From assembly GCA_049860595.1 (NCBI GenBank), contig CP187551.1: 64,000 nt of DNA; one strand, given 5' to 3'. Below, one piece after another: positions 27,066 to 37,531 of the stretch. The notes under the pieces are model-generated. The model saw only the letters and a list, made by a program, of their open reading frames with translations, made no database searches and had not been told where the DNA came from. The position numbers and the translations under genes were made by a program. Position 1 is the stretch's first letter. Each line of letters begins with the position of its first letter. Origin of the DNA: Methanocaldococcus sp. 16A (lineage in GTDB: Archaea > AGJL01 > Methanococci > Methanococcales > Methanocaldococcaceae).

Positions 27066-27184
27066 TGGTACGGCGGTCATAGCGGGGGGCCACACCCGAA
27101 CCCATCCCGAACTCGGAAGTTAAGCCCCCCAGCGATGCCCCGAGTACTGCCATCTGGCGGGAAAGGGGCGACGCCGCCGGCCAC
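27066..27184 (+). rRNA. rrf: 5S rRNA
   Basis: GGCGGTCATAGCG...CCCATCCCGAACTCGGAAGTTAAG...GCCGCC; T-tract follows. Confidence 0.96.
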
Positions 27185-27242
27185 TTTTTATTATTTTAGA
27201 AGACAATATTTATACATTCAAATTTTAAGTTAAGAAAGTTAA

Positions 27243-27508
27243 GTGGGTAAGGGGGCTGGTGACTTTCCCCTCTTTAAGAGGGGAGGAAGTTCCGCCCACC
27301 CCATTTATGGGCAGCGTCCCCTGAGAAGGGGCGGGAGATGCAGCAGAAACGACACGGCTCCGGAAGAGATGACGATGATAGTAAAAGTTGAGGACTTCCG
27401 GAGAACCGGTGAAACGGGCATCTCCCCTGCCCGGGGTGCAAGCCGGTTTCGGCGCTTAGCCGAATGTCACCGAAATTACAGAAGGCGGGCTATAGCCCCC
27501 ATACCCAC
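27243..27508 (+). ncRNA. rnpB: RNase P RNA (archaeal type M)
   Basis: P1 GTGGGTA/TACCCAC, GAGGAAGTTCCGCC (CR-I) and ACAGAAGGCGGGCTATA (CR-V); TTTATA box upstream and T-tract downstream. Confidence 0.95.
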
Positions 27509-27613
27509 TCTATTTTTTATTTTTTAATTGTCAATCAATAAACTTAAATTAATAAATGTAAATTATTTTATTCAAATTAGGTTTTTATATATCAAAAAGT
27601 AAAATTAAATTTA

Positions 27614-27706
27614 ATAGAACTTTCGCAATTTATATATTAAATTTGGAACTTTGACATCTTTAGGTGTCTATATTCAATAAGAAATTTATTCCTGCAAAAG
27701 TCCTAT
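27614..27706. mobile_element. Palindromic MITE-like repeat, family A
   Basis: ATAGAACTTTCGCA ... TGCAAAAGTCCTAT TIRs with central hairpin GACATC-TTTA-GGTGTC. Confidence 0.8.
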
Positions 27707-27737
27707 TTAAAAAAGAAATTAAAGATTGGGAGAAATT

Positions 27738-28705
27738 ATGGAAACTATTTTAAGTGGTAAGATTGTTCAAATACTTGTGGGATATTTAAAAGAAAATATC
27801 TATTCAGAACAAATGATGAAACTTAGGATGAAGAGAATTTGTAGCTATGAAGAGTTTTTACCAACATATTCTTTAGTAGAAAGAATTACTGAAGAGAACA
27901 AAGAGATAGCAATAAAAGTATATGAAAAAAACATTATCGTAGAGATTGTTAAAGATTTTAAAAAGAAAGGTTTAATAGAATTGTTTGAGCTTAAAGAAGA
28001 ACTATTTGATGAAGCTTTAAGCTATTTAAAAAAATATAATGCAGATAAATTTTTAGAAAGCTATACTTTATATTGCTTTAGTGAGTATTCAGACCCTGAT
28101 TCCTTTATAAAAGAAAACAAAAGTATATTAACAAAACTTCTTAGAAATCAGTATGAAGATGTTCCAGAAGAATATATAAACGAACTATTAAAAAGCAAAA
28201 TAAAGTATTCTACAAAAGATTTAATAATTTTGGACTGGGATAATGGAATAATTTTAGATAAAAATGAAGATTTCTGGGAGGAAGTTGATATTATTGAGCT
28301 TGCATGTATTAGAGTTTTAAACTTAAGAATCTTTGATAACATGCTAAGTGAAGCAATCCAATATTTCACAAGATTACAGTGGGAAAAACTTGGATATTTT
28401 AGATTAAAAAAATTGTCTAAGGATTTATACTTGCAGAGAATTAGCTATATATCATATTTTGATAGCATTGAAAATGTTCTTATGTTGTATGGAGATAGAT
28501 ACTATGCCGAGTTGTATGAAAGGTTATGTAAAATATTCTATGTCTCAGAGTGGATTAAAAGAGTAGAAAAAAAATGGAAATGATTAGCGACATATATACA
28601 ATGACAAGACAGCATTTAACAGAGTTTTATGGACTATTCTTAGAAGGAACAATAGTTGCCTTAATACTGTTAGAGATAATTTTAGCTTTAGCAAAAATAG
28701 TTTAA
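27738..28705 (+). pseudogene. RMD1/DUF155-like protein with a frameshift near the 3' end (real lesion or homopolymer error)
   Basis: A8 run at 28567-28574; adding one A gives …RVEKKMEMISDIYTMTRQHLTEFYGLFLEGTIVALILLEIILALAKIV* (TAA 28703-28705), including the C-terminal TM helix typical of DUF155. Confidence 0.7.
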
Positions 28706-28733
28706 TAGAAATTTATTCCTGCAAAAGTCCTAT
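28705..28733. repeat. Family A right-end fragment
   Basis: AGAAATTTATTCCTGCAAAAGTCCTATTTAAA at 28707-28738 is identical to 27680-27711. Confidence 0.8.
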
Positions 28734-29738
28734 TTAAATAATTCCTGTCTCTTCAGCCAATTTTTTTGCCTCTTCTCTACTTAATCCATCTCTTAATATA
28801 GTCCATCTATTTCTTATTTTATGAGCTATAGTTAATGCCTCAATAACAATATCTTCATCAAATCCAAGTTCTTTAGCTGTTATAGGAGATTTAACTTTTT
28901 TTAGAGATTTTTTAATCTTTTCATGCATTCCAGATAATTTTTTATTCTCTTTCTCATGCAAGTAACTCATCATTATTGTTCCTATTCCGCATTGCTCTCC
29001 ATGTAAAGAATTAACATCTAAATCATATTCCTCTTTTAACTTATCCAAAGCATGTGAAAAGAGATGCTCACTTCCAGAAGCTGGACGAGAAGAGTTAGCT
29101 ATAGCAATAGCAATTCCACTCCCAACTAATGCTTTTACAAGTTTGTTGTGATACTCTGATAGGTCAGAGTTTAGAACATAGTTTATTAATTCCTTAGCTA
29201 TTGTTTTTGAAAATATGGCAGAACTCTCACTATATTTCTCCCCTTTTTCTTTATAAGCTAATTTCCAATCTAAAACTGCAGTAATATTTGAAACAATATC
29301 TCCCATTCCAGCACTCAATAATCTTTTTGGAGATTTTTTTATTATCTCAGTATCGGCAATAATAGCTATTGGAGCATCAGCCATAAATGAAGGCTGTTTT
29401 ATAGATACAATTGGTGATGCTATACCATCATTTGATGCAGTTGTAGGCACACTAATAAATGGAATTCCTAATTTATAAGCTAAGTATTTACCAGTATCTA
29501 TTGCCCTCCCGCCTCCAACACCAATTATACAATCATATCCAAAATATCTCCGCTCAATTATTTGAGAATTTAAGATTTCATCATAATATTCAATATCATA
29601 AGAAAACTTACAGTACTTTTTTGTATTTTTTCCAGTTACAATTAAAGGATTTTTTAATTTGAGATTTTTTAAAACTTCTTCTAATTTATTAATCGCTCCA
29701 TCTTCTATAATTGTATATCTTGGCGTTATAATTATCAT
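28734..29738 (-). CDS. egsA: sn-glycerol-1-phosphate dehydrogenase
   Basis: [37 protein letters not shown] and LHGEQ motifs; start moved to ATG 29738. Confidence 0.96.
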   Translation of the reverse strand: MIIITPRYTIIEDGAINKLEEVLKNLKLKNPLIVTGKNTKKYCKFSYDIEYYDEILNSQIIERRYFGYDCIIGVGGGRAIDTGKYLAYKLGIPFISVPTTASNDGIASPIVSIKQPSFMADAPIAIIADTEIIKKSPKRLLSAGMGDIVSNITAVLDWKLAYKEKGEKYSESSAIFSKTIAKELINYVLNSDLSEYHNKLVKALVGSGIAIAIANSSRPASGSEHLFSHALDKLKEEYDLDVNSLHGEQCGIGTIMMSYLHEKENKKLSGMHEKIKKSLKKVKSPITAKELGFDEDIVIEALTIAHKIRNRWTILRDGLSREEAKKLAEETGII

Positions 29739-29739
29739 T

Positions 29740-32010
29740 CTACCCCTCTCTAAATAAATAAGCAATACCTTGTCCAAAACTAATTCCTCCATCTCCATTA
29801 GGGACTCTTTGATGATATATAAAATTAAAGCCCTCTCTTTTTGCATTATTCATAATTCTTTCAGTTATTATTCTATTGTACGAAACCCCTCCAGTAATAC
29901 CAATAGTATCTATTCCAAATCTATCAGCCAATTTTTTAGCAATCTCAAATAATCCATTTGCTATATAAATATGAGCAAAGTATGCTATTCTCTCTTTACT
30001 TTCATTATTTAAAAGCATCTCATAGGATTTATAAATAAGTTCTGTAGTATTTAACACATTATTTTTTATCCTTGGCTCTACATCAATATCTCCTTCAAAC
30101 CTATTTGCCACAGGCTCTAATCTTATACTTGGTTCTCCATCATATGTTTTTTCAAAGCAAATTCCTAATAATGATGAAACAGCATCTAAAACTCTTCCTG
30201 TAGATGTAGTTATTGGACAATTAATTTTTTTTTCAATTTGAAATTTTAATAATCTAAGTTCTTTCTCTGAGAAGAAATTGTATCTCTCTATAAAATCAAA
30301 AGCCTCTTCACCAATTGCTTTATATAATATAGAAAGTAGCATCCTCAAAGGATATTTCGTTGCTAAATCTCCTCCTAACTGATACTGCTTTTCTAAATGT
30401 CCTACTCTTTCCATCCTACCATCTTTAAATAACAAAACCTCCCCTCCCCATATATTTCCATCCAATCCATAACCCACTCCATCCAATGCCAAAATAACAG
30501 CATCTCCAAAATAATTATTATCTCCAAATAAGCTATAAGCATGTGCAAAGTGGTGCTGAACTCTAAAAACCTCAATACCAAATTTATCAGCAAACTCTTC
30601 AGCTAATTTTGTTGAATTAAATTGTGGATGTAAGTCACAGACAATAGCATCAATTTTATTTGTATTTGTTAATCTCAAAATGTTATTTATAGCTTCTTTT
30701 AAATAACAGAATGTCTCATATTTTAAAGTATTTCCTATATATTGAGTTAAATAAAACTTATCTTTCTTTACTATACAAGCGGTTGAGTTTAGCTCAGGCC
30801 CAACGCATAGGATGTTTTTGTCATTTTCAATATCAACCTTTATAGGCTCAGGAGAAAATCCCCTCGACCTTCTCAAAAAAACCAATCTATTAGCTATCTT
30901 TTTAACAACGCTATCATCACATCTATTCACAATCCTTCTATTATGCAATAAGAAATAATCTGCAATGCCATTGAGTTTTTTTAATATCTCATCATTATCT
31001 TTAACCATTGGCAATCCTGGCAGATTAGCAGAGGTCATAACATAAGCTATCTCTTTATCAAATAAAAGATAATGCAGCCCACTATATGGAAGCATAACCC
31101 CAATAGTATCTAAATTAGAAACATACTCTGAAAAATATTTATCATAATCCTTCCCTTTCTTTAAAACAACTATTGGCCTTCTTAAGGATAATAACGCTTC
31201 TTTTTCATCTTCATCAACTTCAGCAAATAAATCTATATACTCCCTTTTACTCATCACAGCAAATGGTTGTGTAGGTCTTCCTAATCTATTTCTCAAATTT
31301 AAAATAGGCTCATCTTCACTAACCTTACAACATAGATGAGTTCCTCCAATCCCTTTTATAGCTAAGATTTTTCCTTCTTCTAATAACTTAACAGCTTCTC
31401 TAATTGCATCATCTTTCTCAGCAATAATATCTTTTCCATCAGTTAAAAATACCTTAGGTCCGCAAATTGGACAGCAAGTAGCTTGAGCATGAAATCTCCT
31501 ATCTAATGGATTTTTATATTCTTTTAAACATTCTTCACATAAAGGAAAATCTCTCATAGATGTGTTTTCTCTATCATAAGGAAGTTTTTCAACTATTGTA
31601 AACCTTGGCCCACAGTTTGTGCATGCTATAAAAGGGTATCTATACCTTCTATCCTTTTTATCAAGCATTTCTTTTAAGCAGTCATCACATATTGCTACAT
31701 CAGCCGGGATAGTTCCTTCTTCTTCATCTTTTGTATCTTCACTCCTTATAATGTAGAAGTCATTGAACTCTTCAACTCCTTTAATCTCTTCAATATCTAA
31801 TTTATCAATTCTTGATAATGGCGGTTTCTTATTTTTTAAATCATTAATAAAATCTTCAATATTCTTTTTTTTTCCTTCAATAAGAATTTCCACATAATTT
31901 CCCATGTTTTTTACATAGCCTTTTAAATGATTTTTCTTAGCTATTCTATAAACAAATGGTCTAAAACCTACACCTTGAACTATACCTTTAACTTTAATCT
32001 TTACTCTCAT
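29740..32010 (-). CDS. hypF: [NiFe]-hydrogenase maturation carbamoyltransferase
   Basis: Acylphosphatase [10 protein letters not shown], two Zn fingers, KGIGG, QHHFAH and [12 protein letters not shown]. Confidence 0.97.
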   Translation of the reverse strand: MRVKIKVKGIVQGVGFRPFVYRIAKKNHLKGYVKNMGNYVEILIEGKKKNIEDFINDLKNKKPPLSRIDKLDIEEIKGVEEFNDFYIIRSEDTKDEEEGTIPADVAICDDCLKEMLDKKDRRYRYPFIACTNCGPRFTIVEKLPYDRENTSMRDFPLCEECLKEYKNPLDRRFHAQATCCPICGPKVFLTDGKDIIAEKDDAIREAVKLLEEGKILAIKGIGGTHLCCKVSEDEPILNLRNRLGRPTQPFAVMSKREYIDLFAEVDEDEKEALLSLRRPIVVLKKGKDYDKYFSEYVSNLDTIGVMLPYSGLHYLLFDKEIAYVMTSANLPGLPMVKDNDEILKKLNGIADYFLLHNRRIVNRCDDSVVKKIANRLVFLRRSRGFSPEPIKVDIENDKNILCVGPELNSTACIVKKDKFYLTQYIGNTLKYETFCYLKEAINNILRLTNTNKIDAIVCDLHPQFNSTKLAEEFADKFGIEVFRVQHHFAHAYSLFGDNNYFGDAVILALDGVGYGLDGNIWGGEVLLFKDGRMERVGHLEKQYQLGGDLATKYPLRMLLSILYKAIGEEAFDFIERYNFFSEKELRLLKFQIEKKINCPITTSTGRVLDAVSSLLGICFEKTYDGEPSIRLEPVANRFEGDIDVEPRIKNNVLNTTELIYKSYEMLLNNESKERIAYFAHIYIANGLFEIAKKLADRFGIDTIGITGGVSYNRIITERIMNNAKREGFNFIYHQRVPNGDGGISFGQGIAYLFREG

Positions 32011-32028
32011 TTTTGACACCAAAAAATT

Positions 32029-32201
32029 ATAGGACATTCTCAGGAATAAATTTTCAATGGAATAACAGATTAAATGCAGAAATTTAATTTTATTTTATAT
32101 TGAATATACTGAAACAAAAACTTCAAAATTTCCTTAATACATATTAAAGTACATTCAGATAGTTAATTCCTTAATGAATATATAAACTGCGAAAGTCCTA
32201 T
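32029..32201. mobile_element. Palindromic MITE-like repeat, family A (longest copy)
   Basis: ATAGGACATTCTCAGGAATAAAT ... ATATATAAACTGCGAAAGTCCTAT. Confidence 0.78.
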
Positions 32202-32318
32202 TATAGTTTTGTGCAAAATAAACTAAACTTTATATTAAGGGAAATTTGAATGTCTACTTTTTGGAAGACATTCGTTAATGCCTTATTCATTATAGATACT
32301 ATTTTGCAAAAAACTATA
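32202..32318. mobile_element. Palindromic MITE-like repeat, family B
   Basis: 19-bp TIRs TATAGTTTTGTGCAAAATA / TATTTTGCAAAAAACTATA (1 mismatch) and a central GAATGTCT...AGACATTC hairpin; directly abuts the family A copy. Confidence 0.8.
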
Positions 32319-32466
32319 AATGTAGTTATTATTAAAATTTTTAATATTGTATTTTAAAAATTTAATAGATATTATTAATTTTTTTGATAATATCTATCAA
32401 AATTTATAATAATGTTTATATATTGTGAAGTTTGTAATAGCACGTGTGAAATTTTGGAGGGATAGT

Positions 32467-32811
32467 ATGATTGACAAGGTTTTATTAGAGCTAAATAAAA
32501 CAGAAGGGATTAAAGGTTCAATGGTTGTAGGAAAAGATGGTTTGGTTATAGCTACTCAATTGCCAGGGAATGTTGATGCCGAGTTAGTAGGGGCTATGGC
32601 ATCAGCAGCATTTGGGGCTGCTGAGAGAACAGCTGCAGAAATTGGTATGGGTAATTTAGAACAAACAATGATTGAAGGGGAGCATGGTAAAACTTTAATG
32701 GTCGATGCAGGAGAGGGAATCTTAGTTGTTTTAACAGATGCAAAAGTTAATTTAGGTCTAATTAGAATTACTATGAAAAGAGCTGCAGAGAAAATAAAAG
32801 CTATGTTCTAA
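32467..32811 (+). CDS. Roadblock/LC7 (MglB-like) domain protein
   Basis: GSMVVGKDGLVIA, AMASAAFGAA and NLGLIR motifs; start moved to ATG 32467 after GGAGGG. Confidence 0.9.
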   Translation: MIDKVLLELNKTEGIKGSMVVGKDGLVIATQLPGNVDAELVGAMASAAFGAAERTAAEIGMGNLEQTMIEGEHGKTLMVDAGEGILVVLTDAKVNLGLIRITMKRAAEKIKAMF

Positions 32812-32859
32812 AATAATTAAGTCTTCTAAATTTTAAAATTTTACTATGGAGGGATTAGA

Positions 32860-33876
32860 ATGAAAATATCAATATACGGGGCGGGAAATCAAAAACTCTA
32901 TTTAGAAAAATTAAATCTACCAGAAAAATTTGGTGGGGAACCTCCCTACGGTGGAGCAAGAATGGCTATAGAGTTTGCTAAAGCCGGGCATGATGTTATC
33001 TTAGCAGAACCAAATAAAGATGTAATGAGTGAAGATTTATGGAAGAAAGTTGAAGATGCAGGAGTTAGAGTTGTTAGTGATGATATAGAAGCTGCCAAGC
33101 ATGGAGAAGTTCATATCTTATTTACACCGTTTGGAAAAATAACAATAAACATTGCAAAGAAGATTATTGAACATGTCCCTGAAAATGCTGTTATTTGTAA
33201 CACGTGTACTCTTCCTACTCCTGTTTTATATAGGTCATTGGAAGGAATTTTAAGATTAAAAAGAAAAGATGTTGGAATTTCATCAATGCACCCAACAGGA
33301 GTTCCAGGAACTCCAGGACAGAAATATTATACAATTGCTGGAAAAGCATTAGAAGGTAAAGAGTATGCAACAGAAGAACAGATAAACAAATTAGTTGAAC
33401 TGGTGAAAAGCATTGGAAAAACACCATATATAGCTCCTGCAGATGTAGTACCTGCAGTTGCAGATATGGGAGCTTTAGTCACTGCAATTGCTTTAGTAGG
33501 AGTCTTAGACTATTATAGAGTTGGAAAAGAAATTATTAATGCTCCAAAGGATATGATAGAAAAGCAAATATTGGTTTCTCTTCAAACTATTGCCTCAATT
33601 ATTGAAACTTCAGGAATTGAAGGTTTGATGAAGGTTTTAGATAAAGATGCTTTAATTACATCTGCAAAAAATATGCTAATTGATGAAAAGCAGGAAGATT
33701 TAAAGTTAGCTTTGAAGATTATCGAAGAGTTTGATAAATCAACTATTGGAGAGAAAGACGTTAATCAGACATATTTAGTAGCTCCTCAGGCTTTGATAAA
33801 AGAAGCCACATCATTAGTTGGAAAGAGTGCTGTTGAGGGAATGATTAGAAGAAGCTCAAATAAGTTATTTGAATAG
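32860..33876 (+). CDS. H2-forming methylene-H4MPT dehydrogenase-related protein (HmdII/HmdIII paralogue)
   Basis: ISIYGAGNQ, PPYGG, LFTPFG, CNTCT and SSMHPTGVPG motifs. Confidence 0.92.
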   Translation: MKISIYGAGNQKLYLEKLNLPEKFGGEPPYGGARMAIEFAKAGHDVILAEPNKDVMSEDLWKKVEDAGVRVVSDDIEAAKHGEVHILFTPFGKITINIAKKIIEHVPENAVICNTCTLPTPVLYRSLEGILRLKRKDVGISSMHPTGVPGTPGQKYYTIAGKALEGKEYATEEQINKLVELVKSIGKTPYIAPADVVPAVADMGALVTAIALVGVLDYYRVGKEIINAPKDMIEKQILVSLQTIASIIETSGIEGLMKVLDKDALITSAKNMLIDEKQEDLKLALKIIEEFDKSTIGEKDVNQTYLVAPQALIKEATSLVGKSAVEGMIRRSSNKLFE

Positions 33877-33979
33877 AATTTAAATATCTATGAACAATTA
33901 AACCATCAGAATTCATAGATTACTTATTATTTTTACAAAAACAAAAAACATAGTGAATAAATAAAAAAGGGGTAATATC

Positions 33980-34426
33980 ATGTCTTTAAAATTTTCAATA
34001 AACGAACTTTCAAAAACCAATAGAAATTCCTTAGGTAGAAACATAGATATTACCGTTTTTAGATTAATAAGGTTTATGAACTTAGAGAGATATTTAGGAA
34101 GAGGAGCGCATGGAGTAATTTATGATTGTGGTAGAGAACTGGGAAAAAGTTTAAATCCTTCATCTATTGAGGATGTAGTAAAATTTTGTGAAGAATATAA
34201 AATTGGAAAAGTAGAAATTGTAAATAAAAATCCCCTACAAATTAGAGTTTGTGAGTGTATTTCATGTTCTGGACTTCCAGAAGTTGGTGAGACATTATGT
34301 TGGTTTGAAGGAGGATTTATTGCAGGATGTTTAGAAAAGATATTAAATAAAAAGGTTAGAGTAAATGAAACACACTGTGCAGGTTTAGGTAATAATTTTT
34401 GTCAATTTGAAATAAAAATTTTATAA
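33980..34426 (+). CDS. V4R domain protein
   Basis: ECISCSGLP, CWFEGGFIAG and ETHCAGLG..FCQF motifs. Confidence 0.88.
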   Translation: MSLKFSINELSKTNRNSLGRNIDITVFRLIRFMNLERYLGRGAHGVIYDCGRELGKSLNPSSIEDVVKFCEEYKIGKVEIVNKNPLQIRVCECISCSGLPEVGETLCWFEGGFIAGCLEKILNKKVRVNETHCAGLGNNFCQFEIKIL

Positions 34427-34622
34427 TGTTATTTAAATAAAAATTTCAATTAAAAAATATCTTAATTATATTACAGTAAATTTTAAATATTGTGTCTTAA
34501 ACATAACTTTTTTACATTTACATATAGTTAAATCTCCAGAATTTATTAGTTTAGTTTATTTTTTTAAAATATAGTATTCTTCTCCTGAAAATATGTAATA
34601 TTATAGTAATATTAATAGGTGA

Positions 34623-35123
34623 ATGGTTATGGCAATAGACTCATATAAGAAGCTTATAGAGAACAGAAATTTACATCCACTTCATATAATATTAACGTCG
34701 TGCTTGGGGGAATTAGCTAATTTGAGATTGTTAAATCAAGGAACAACAAATATTATTGGTTCATATATTGGGAAAAAGGTTGGACAATGTATTTTAGATT
34801 TGGGATATGAAGTTCCAAAGGATGATAAAGAACTTATTGAGTTTTTAATTGAATACTGCCAGATTTGTGATGATGTTATCATAAAAATTGAAGATAATAC
34901 AATAACTATTGGAATTAAAATAGACAAATGCAAATATTGTCCAAAACAGATTGGAGATGCAGAGATTCCTGGAAGTGCATGCCCGATACCATCATTAATT
35001 GCAAGTTTATTAGGCAAATTTAAAAATAGGTCATATAAAATGAAATTTTGGAATGATGCCAATCAACTAATAAAAAAAGAGAATGGATATTGTTGGTTTG
35101 TTATTGAATCTCGCAGATATTAA
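34623..35123 (+). CDS. Cys-containing hypothetical protein, possibly V4R/H-NOX-like fold
   Basis: CKYCPK...ACP...CWF pattern. Confidence 0.6.
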   Translation: MVMAIDSYKKLIENRNLHPLHIILTSCLGELANLRLLNQGTTNIIGSYIGKKVGQCILDLGYEVPKDDKELIEFLIEYCQICDDVIIKIEDNTITIGIKIDKCKYCPKQIGDAEIPGSACPIPSLIASLLGKFKNRSYKMKFWNDANQLIKKENGYCWFVIESRRY

Positions 35124-35156
35124 CTTATTAGATAAAGAATCTAAAAATAAAATTTT

Positions 35157-35516
35157 TTAGTGGTATTTTTTCATCTCGTTTATTATATATTCAAGAGCTT
35201 CAAAACCCTCTTTTCTATGCCTTGCAAAAACAGCTATTGAAGAAACTCTCTCCCCAACATTCAAGAATCCAGTGTTATGATAAAATAAAATCTCAATAAC
35301 ATCAAACTTATTTTTTGCATTATCTATAATTGATTCTAATTTTTTTAAGATATCCTCATCTATATGCATTCCTTTTGAAGGGATTTTTTCTCCATTTTTT
35401 ATATCATACTCTCTAACGAATCCATTGAAGGTTATAACACATCCATATTTTCCTTTATATTTTTCAATGTATTCATCCATTTTTTTTCTAAATTCTTCAT
35501 AGCTATTAAAAATCAT
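35157..35516 (-). CDS. moaE: MoaE-like molybdopterin synthase large subunit (short form)
   Basis: GCVITFNGFVRE, HNTGFLNVGE and ARHRKEGF; ends before the usual PIWKKE. Confidence 0.75.
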   Translation of the reverse strand: MIFNSYEEFRKKMDEYIEKYKGKYGCVITFNGFVREYDIKNGEKIPSKGMHIDEDILKKLESIIDNAKNKFDVIEILFYHNTGFLNVGERVSSIAVFARHRKEGFEALEYIINEMKKYH

Positions 35517-35671
35517 TTTCTCACCTAATTTCTATATTAATAATTAAAGCTTAACTTAAAATAAAAAATTAACTTATATCTATTTATTTAAATGTATAAT
35601 ATTAAATTAAAAGAGTTTTTAATCATTAGAAATTAGTAAAAATACAAAAAATCAAAAATAACGTAAAAAAT

Positions 35672-37438
35672 CTATTCATCTACGTAATAATACTCTCCCT
35701 TCTCTTTTTGCATAATATCTCTTTGGCTACCTTCCTTATTAGCTCTCGGCCTTCCTGTTTCTGGGTCTCTTCTAAATGTAATTTGCATCTCTTTTAAGAA
35801 TTTATTAGCCCCATCCCTCTTATTCATTGGGCTACTACCAACTCCAAACTTCCCTGGCTCTCCACTAAATACAATAAATCTATCTGAAATGTAGTCTTGG
35901 AATAATATATCGTGGTCGACAACAAACATCCCTGCTTCTTTTTCATCTGCAATTCTTCTTATTACTTTTGAAACTCTCAATCTCTGCTCAACATCTAAAA
36001 ATGCTGATGGCTCATCCAACAAATAAATATCAGCATCTCTACTTAAGCAAGCAGCAATAGCTACTCTCTGCAACTCTCCACCAGATAGCTCTTTAACCTC
36101 TCTATCCAACAACTTCTCTAACTGTAGAGGATTAATTATCTCAGATTTGTAATAAGAGGCGTTTATGTTAGTTATTGAGCTCAATAAATCTTCAACTGTT
36201 CCATCATAATCTGGAGTAATGTATTGAGGTTTATATGAAACTTTTATATCTCCTTCTTTGGTAACCTCTCCTTCATCTGGTTTAATAATCCCAGCTAATA
36301 ACTTAACAAACGTTGTTTTTCCAATACCGTTAGGACCTAAAATACCAATAACTTCTCCTTTATAAATGGTTCCTCCGCTAACCTCTAATTTAAAATCTCC
36401 CAAAGTCTTTTTCATTGATGAATATGTTAATAAGATTGGTCTATTCTTAAAGTCAATAACTGCCCTCTTCTCAAATATAATTGGCTCTTTTCTAAATCTT
36501 ATATTCTCTTCCCTCAACTCTCCATATAGATATTCATTAATCCCCACTCTAACACTCTTAGGCATTGAGACAATACCATAAGCTGATGGAACTCCATACA
36601 TAATATGAATATAATCAGATAAGTAATCCAAAACAATTAAATCGTGTTCTACTACAACAACCCTATTTAATTCTCTAATTAACCTTGCAGCATTGAATCT
36701 CTGCCTAATATCTAACCACGAAGAAGGTTCATCAAAGAAATAGATATCTCCTTTTCTCAAATAAGCAGCAGCAATAGCAACTCTCTGCAATTCTCCACCA
36801 GATAATTGGCTTAACTCTCTATTTAAAATATTTTTTAGCTCTAACTTCTCAACAACTTCATCAAACTTACCTTTTTCATCAATTTTCTTTAATAACTCTC
36901 CAACCTTTCCCTTAACAACCTTTGGTAATATATCAACATACTGAACTTTATGGATAGCCTTTACTCCTTTATTTTTTAATTTTTCAAAGTATTCTTGCAG
37001 TTCAGTACCTCTAAAGTATTTTATGACATCATCATAGTTTGGCTCTTTATCATGTTTTCCTAAATTAGGAATTAACTCCCCAGCTAAAATTCTTAAGACA
37101 GTAGATTTACCAATCCCATTCTGCCCTATAATCCCAACAACCCCATCTCTTGGAATAACTAAACCAAATAGCTTAAATCTATTCTGCCCATAAGAATGGA
37201 CAATTTTATCTTCACTTAACTCTTCAGGTAATCCAATAATAGATATCGCCTTAAATGGACATCTCTTAACACAGATTCCACAACCAGAACATAAAACCTC
37301 TGATATCACTGGCTTTCCAGAATTTTCATCTATCTCTATTGTCTTTTCTCCCATTCTAACTCCTGGACAGTATTTCATGCATTCTAAGGAGCATTTCTTT
37401 GGCTGACATCTATCATAATCAATAATGGCCAATCTCAC
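35672..37438 (-). CDS. Ribosome recycling ATPase ABCE1/RLI
   Basis: N-terminal Fe-S domain (CQPKKC..EC..CP; CSGCGICVKRCP) and two ABC domains with LSGGELQR. Confidence 0.97.
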   Translation of the reverse strand: MRLAIIDYDRCQPKKCSLECMKYCPGVRMGEKTIEIDENSGKPVISEVLCSGCGICVKRCPFKAISIIGLPEELSEDKIVHSYGQNRFKLFGLVIPRDGVVGIIGQNGIGKSTVLRILAGELIPNLGKHDKEPNYDDVIKYFRGTELQEYFEKLKNKGVKAIHKVQYVDILPKVVKGKVGELLKKIDEKGKFDEVVEKLELKNILNRELSQLSGGELQRVAIAAAYLRKGDIYFFDEPSSWLDIRQRFNAARLIRELNRVVVVEHDLIVLDYLSDYIHIMYGVPSAYGIVSMPKSVRVGINEYLYGELREENIRFRKEPIIFEKRAVIDFKNRPILLTYSSMKKTLGDFKLEVSGGTIYKGEVIGILGPNGIGKTTFVKLLAGIIKPDEGEVTKEGDIKVSYKPQYITPDYDGTVEDLLSSITNINASYYKSEIINPLQLEKLLDREVKELSGGELQRVAIAACLSRDADIYLLDEPSAFLDVEQRLRVSKVIRRIADEKEAGMFVVDHDILFQDYISDRFIVFSGEPGKFGVGSSPMNKRDGANKFLKEMQITFRRDPETGRPRANKEGSQRDIMQKEKGEYYYVDE

Positions 37439-37531
37439 AAAAACCACCTCCTAAATAAATAAAAATATATTTTAAATTAAATTTTTAAAATAAAAGAATA
37501 GAAAAAATTTCTAAAGAAAAAATAGATTAGT

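Noticed and set aside
35157-35516. MoaE as a truncated pseudogene
   Set aside because: No frameshifted continuation is visible after the stop, and I recall similarly short MoaE proteins in Methanococcales.
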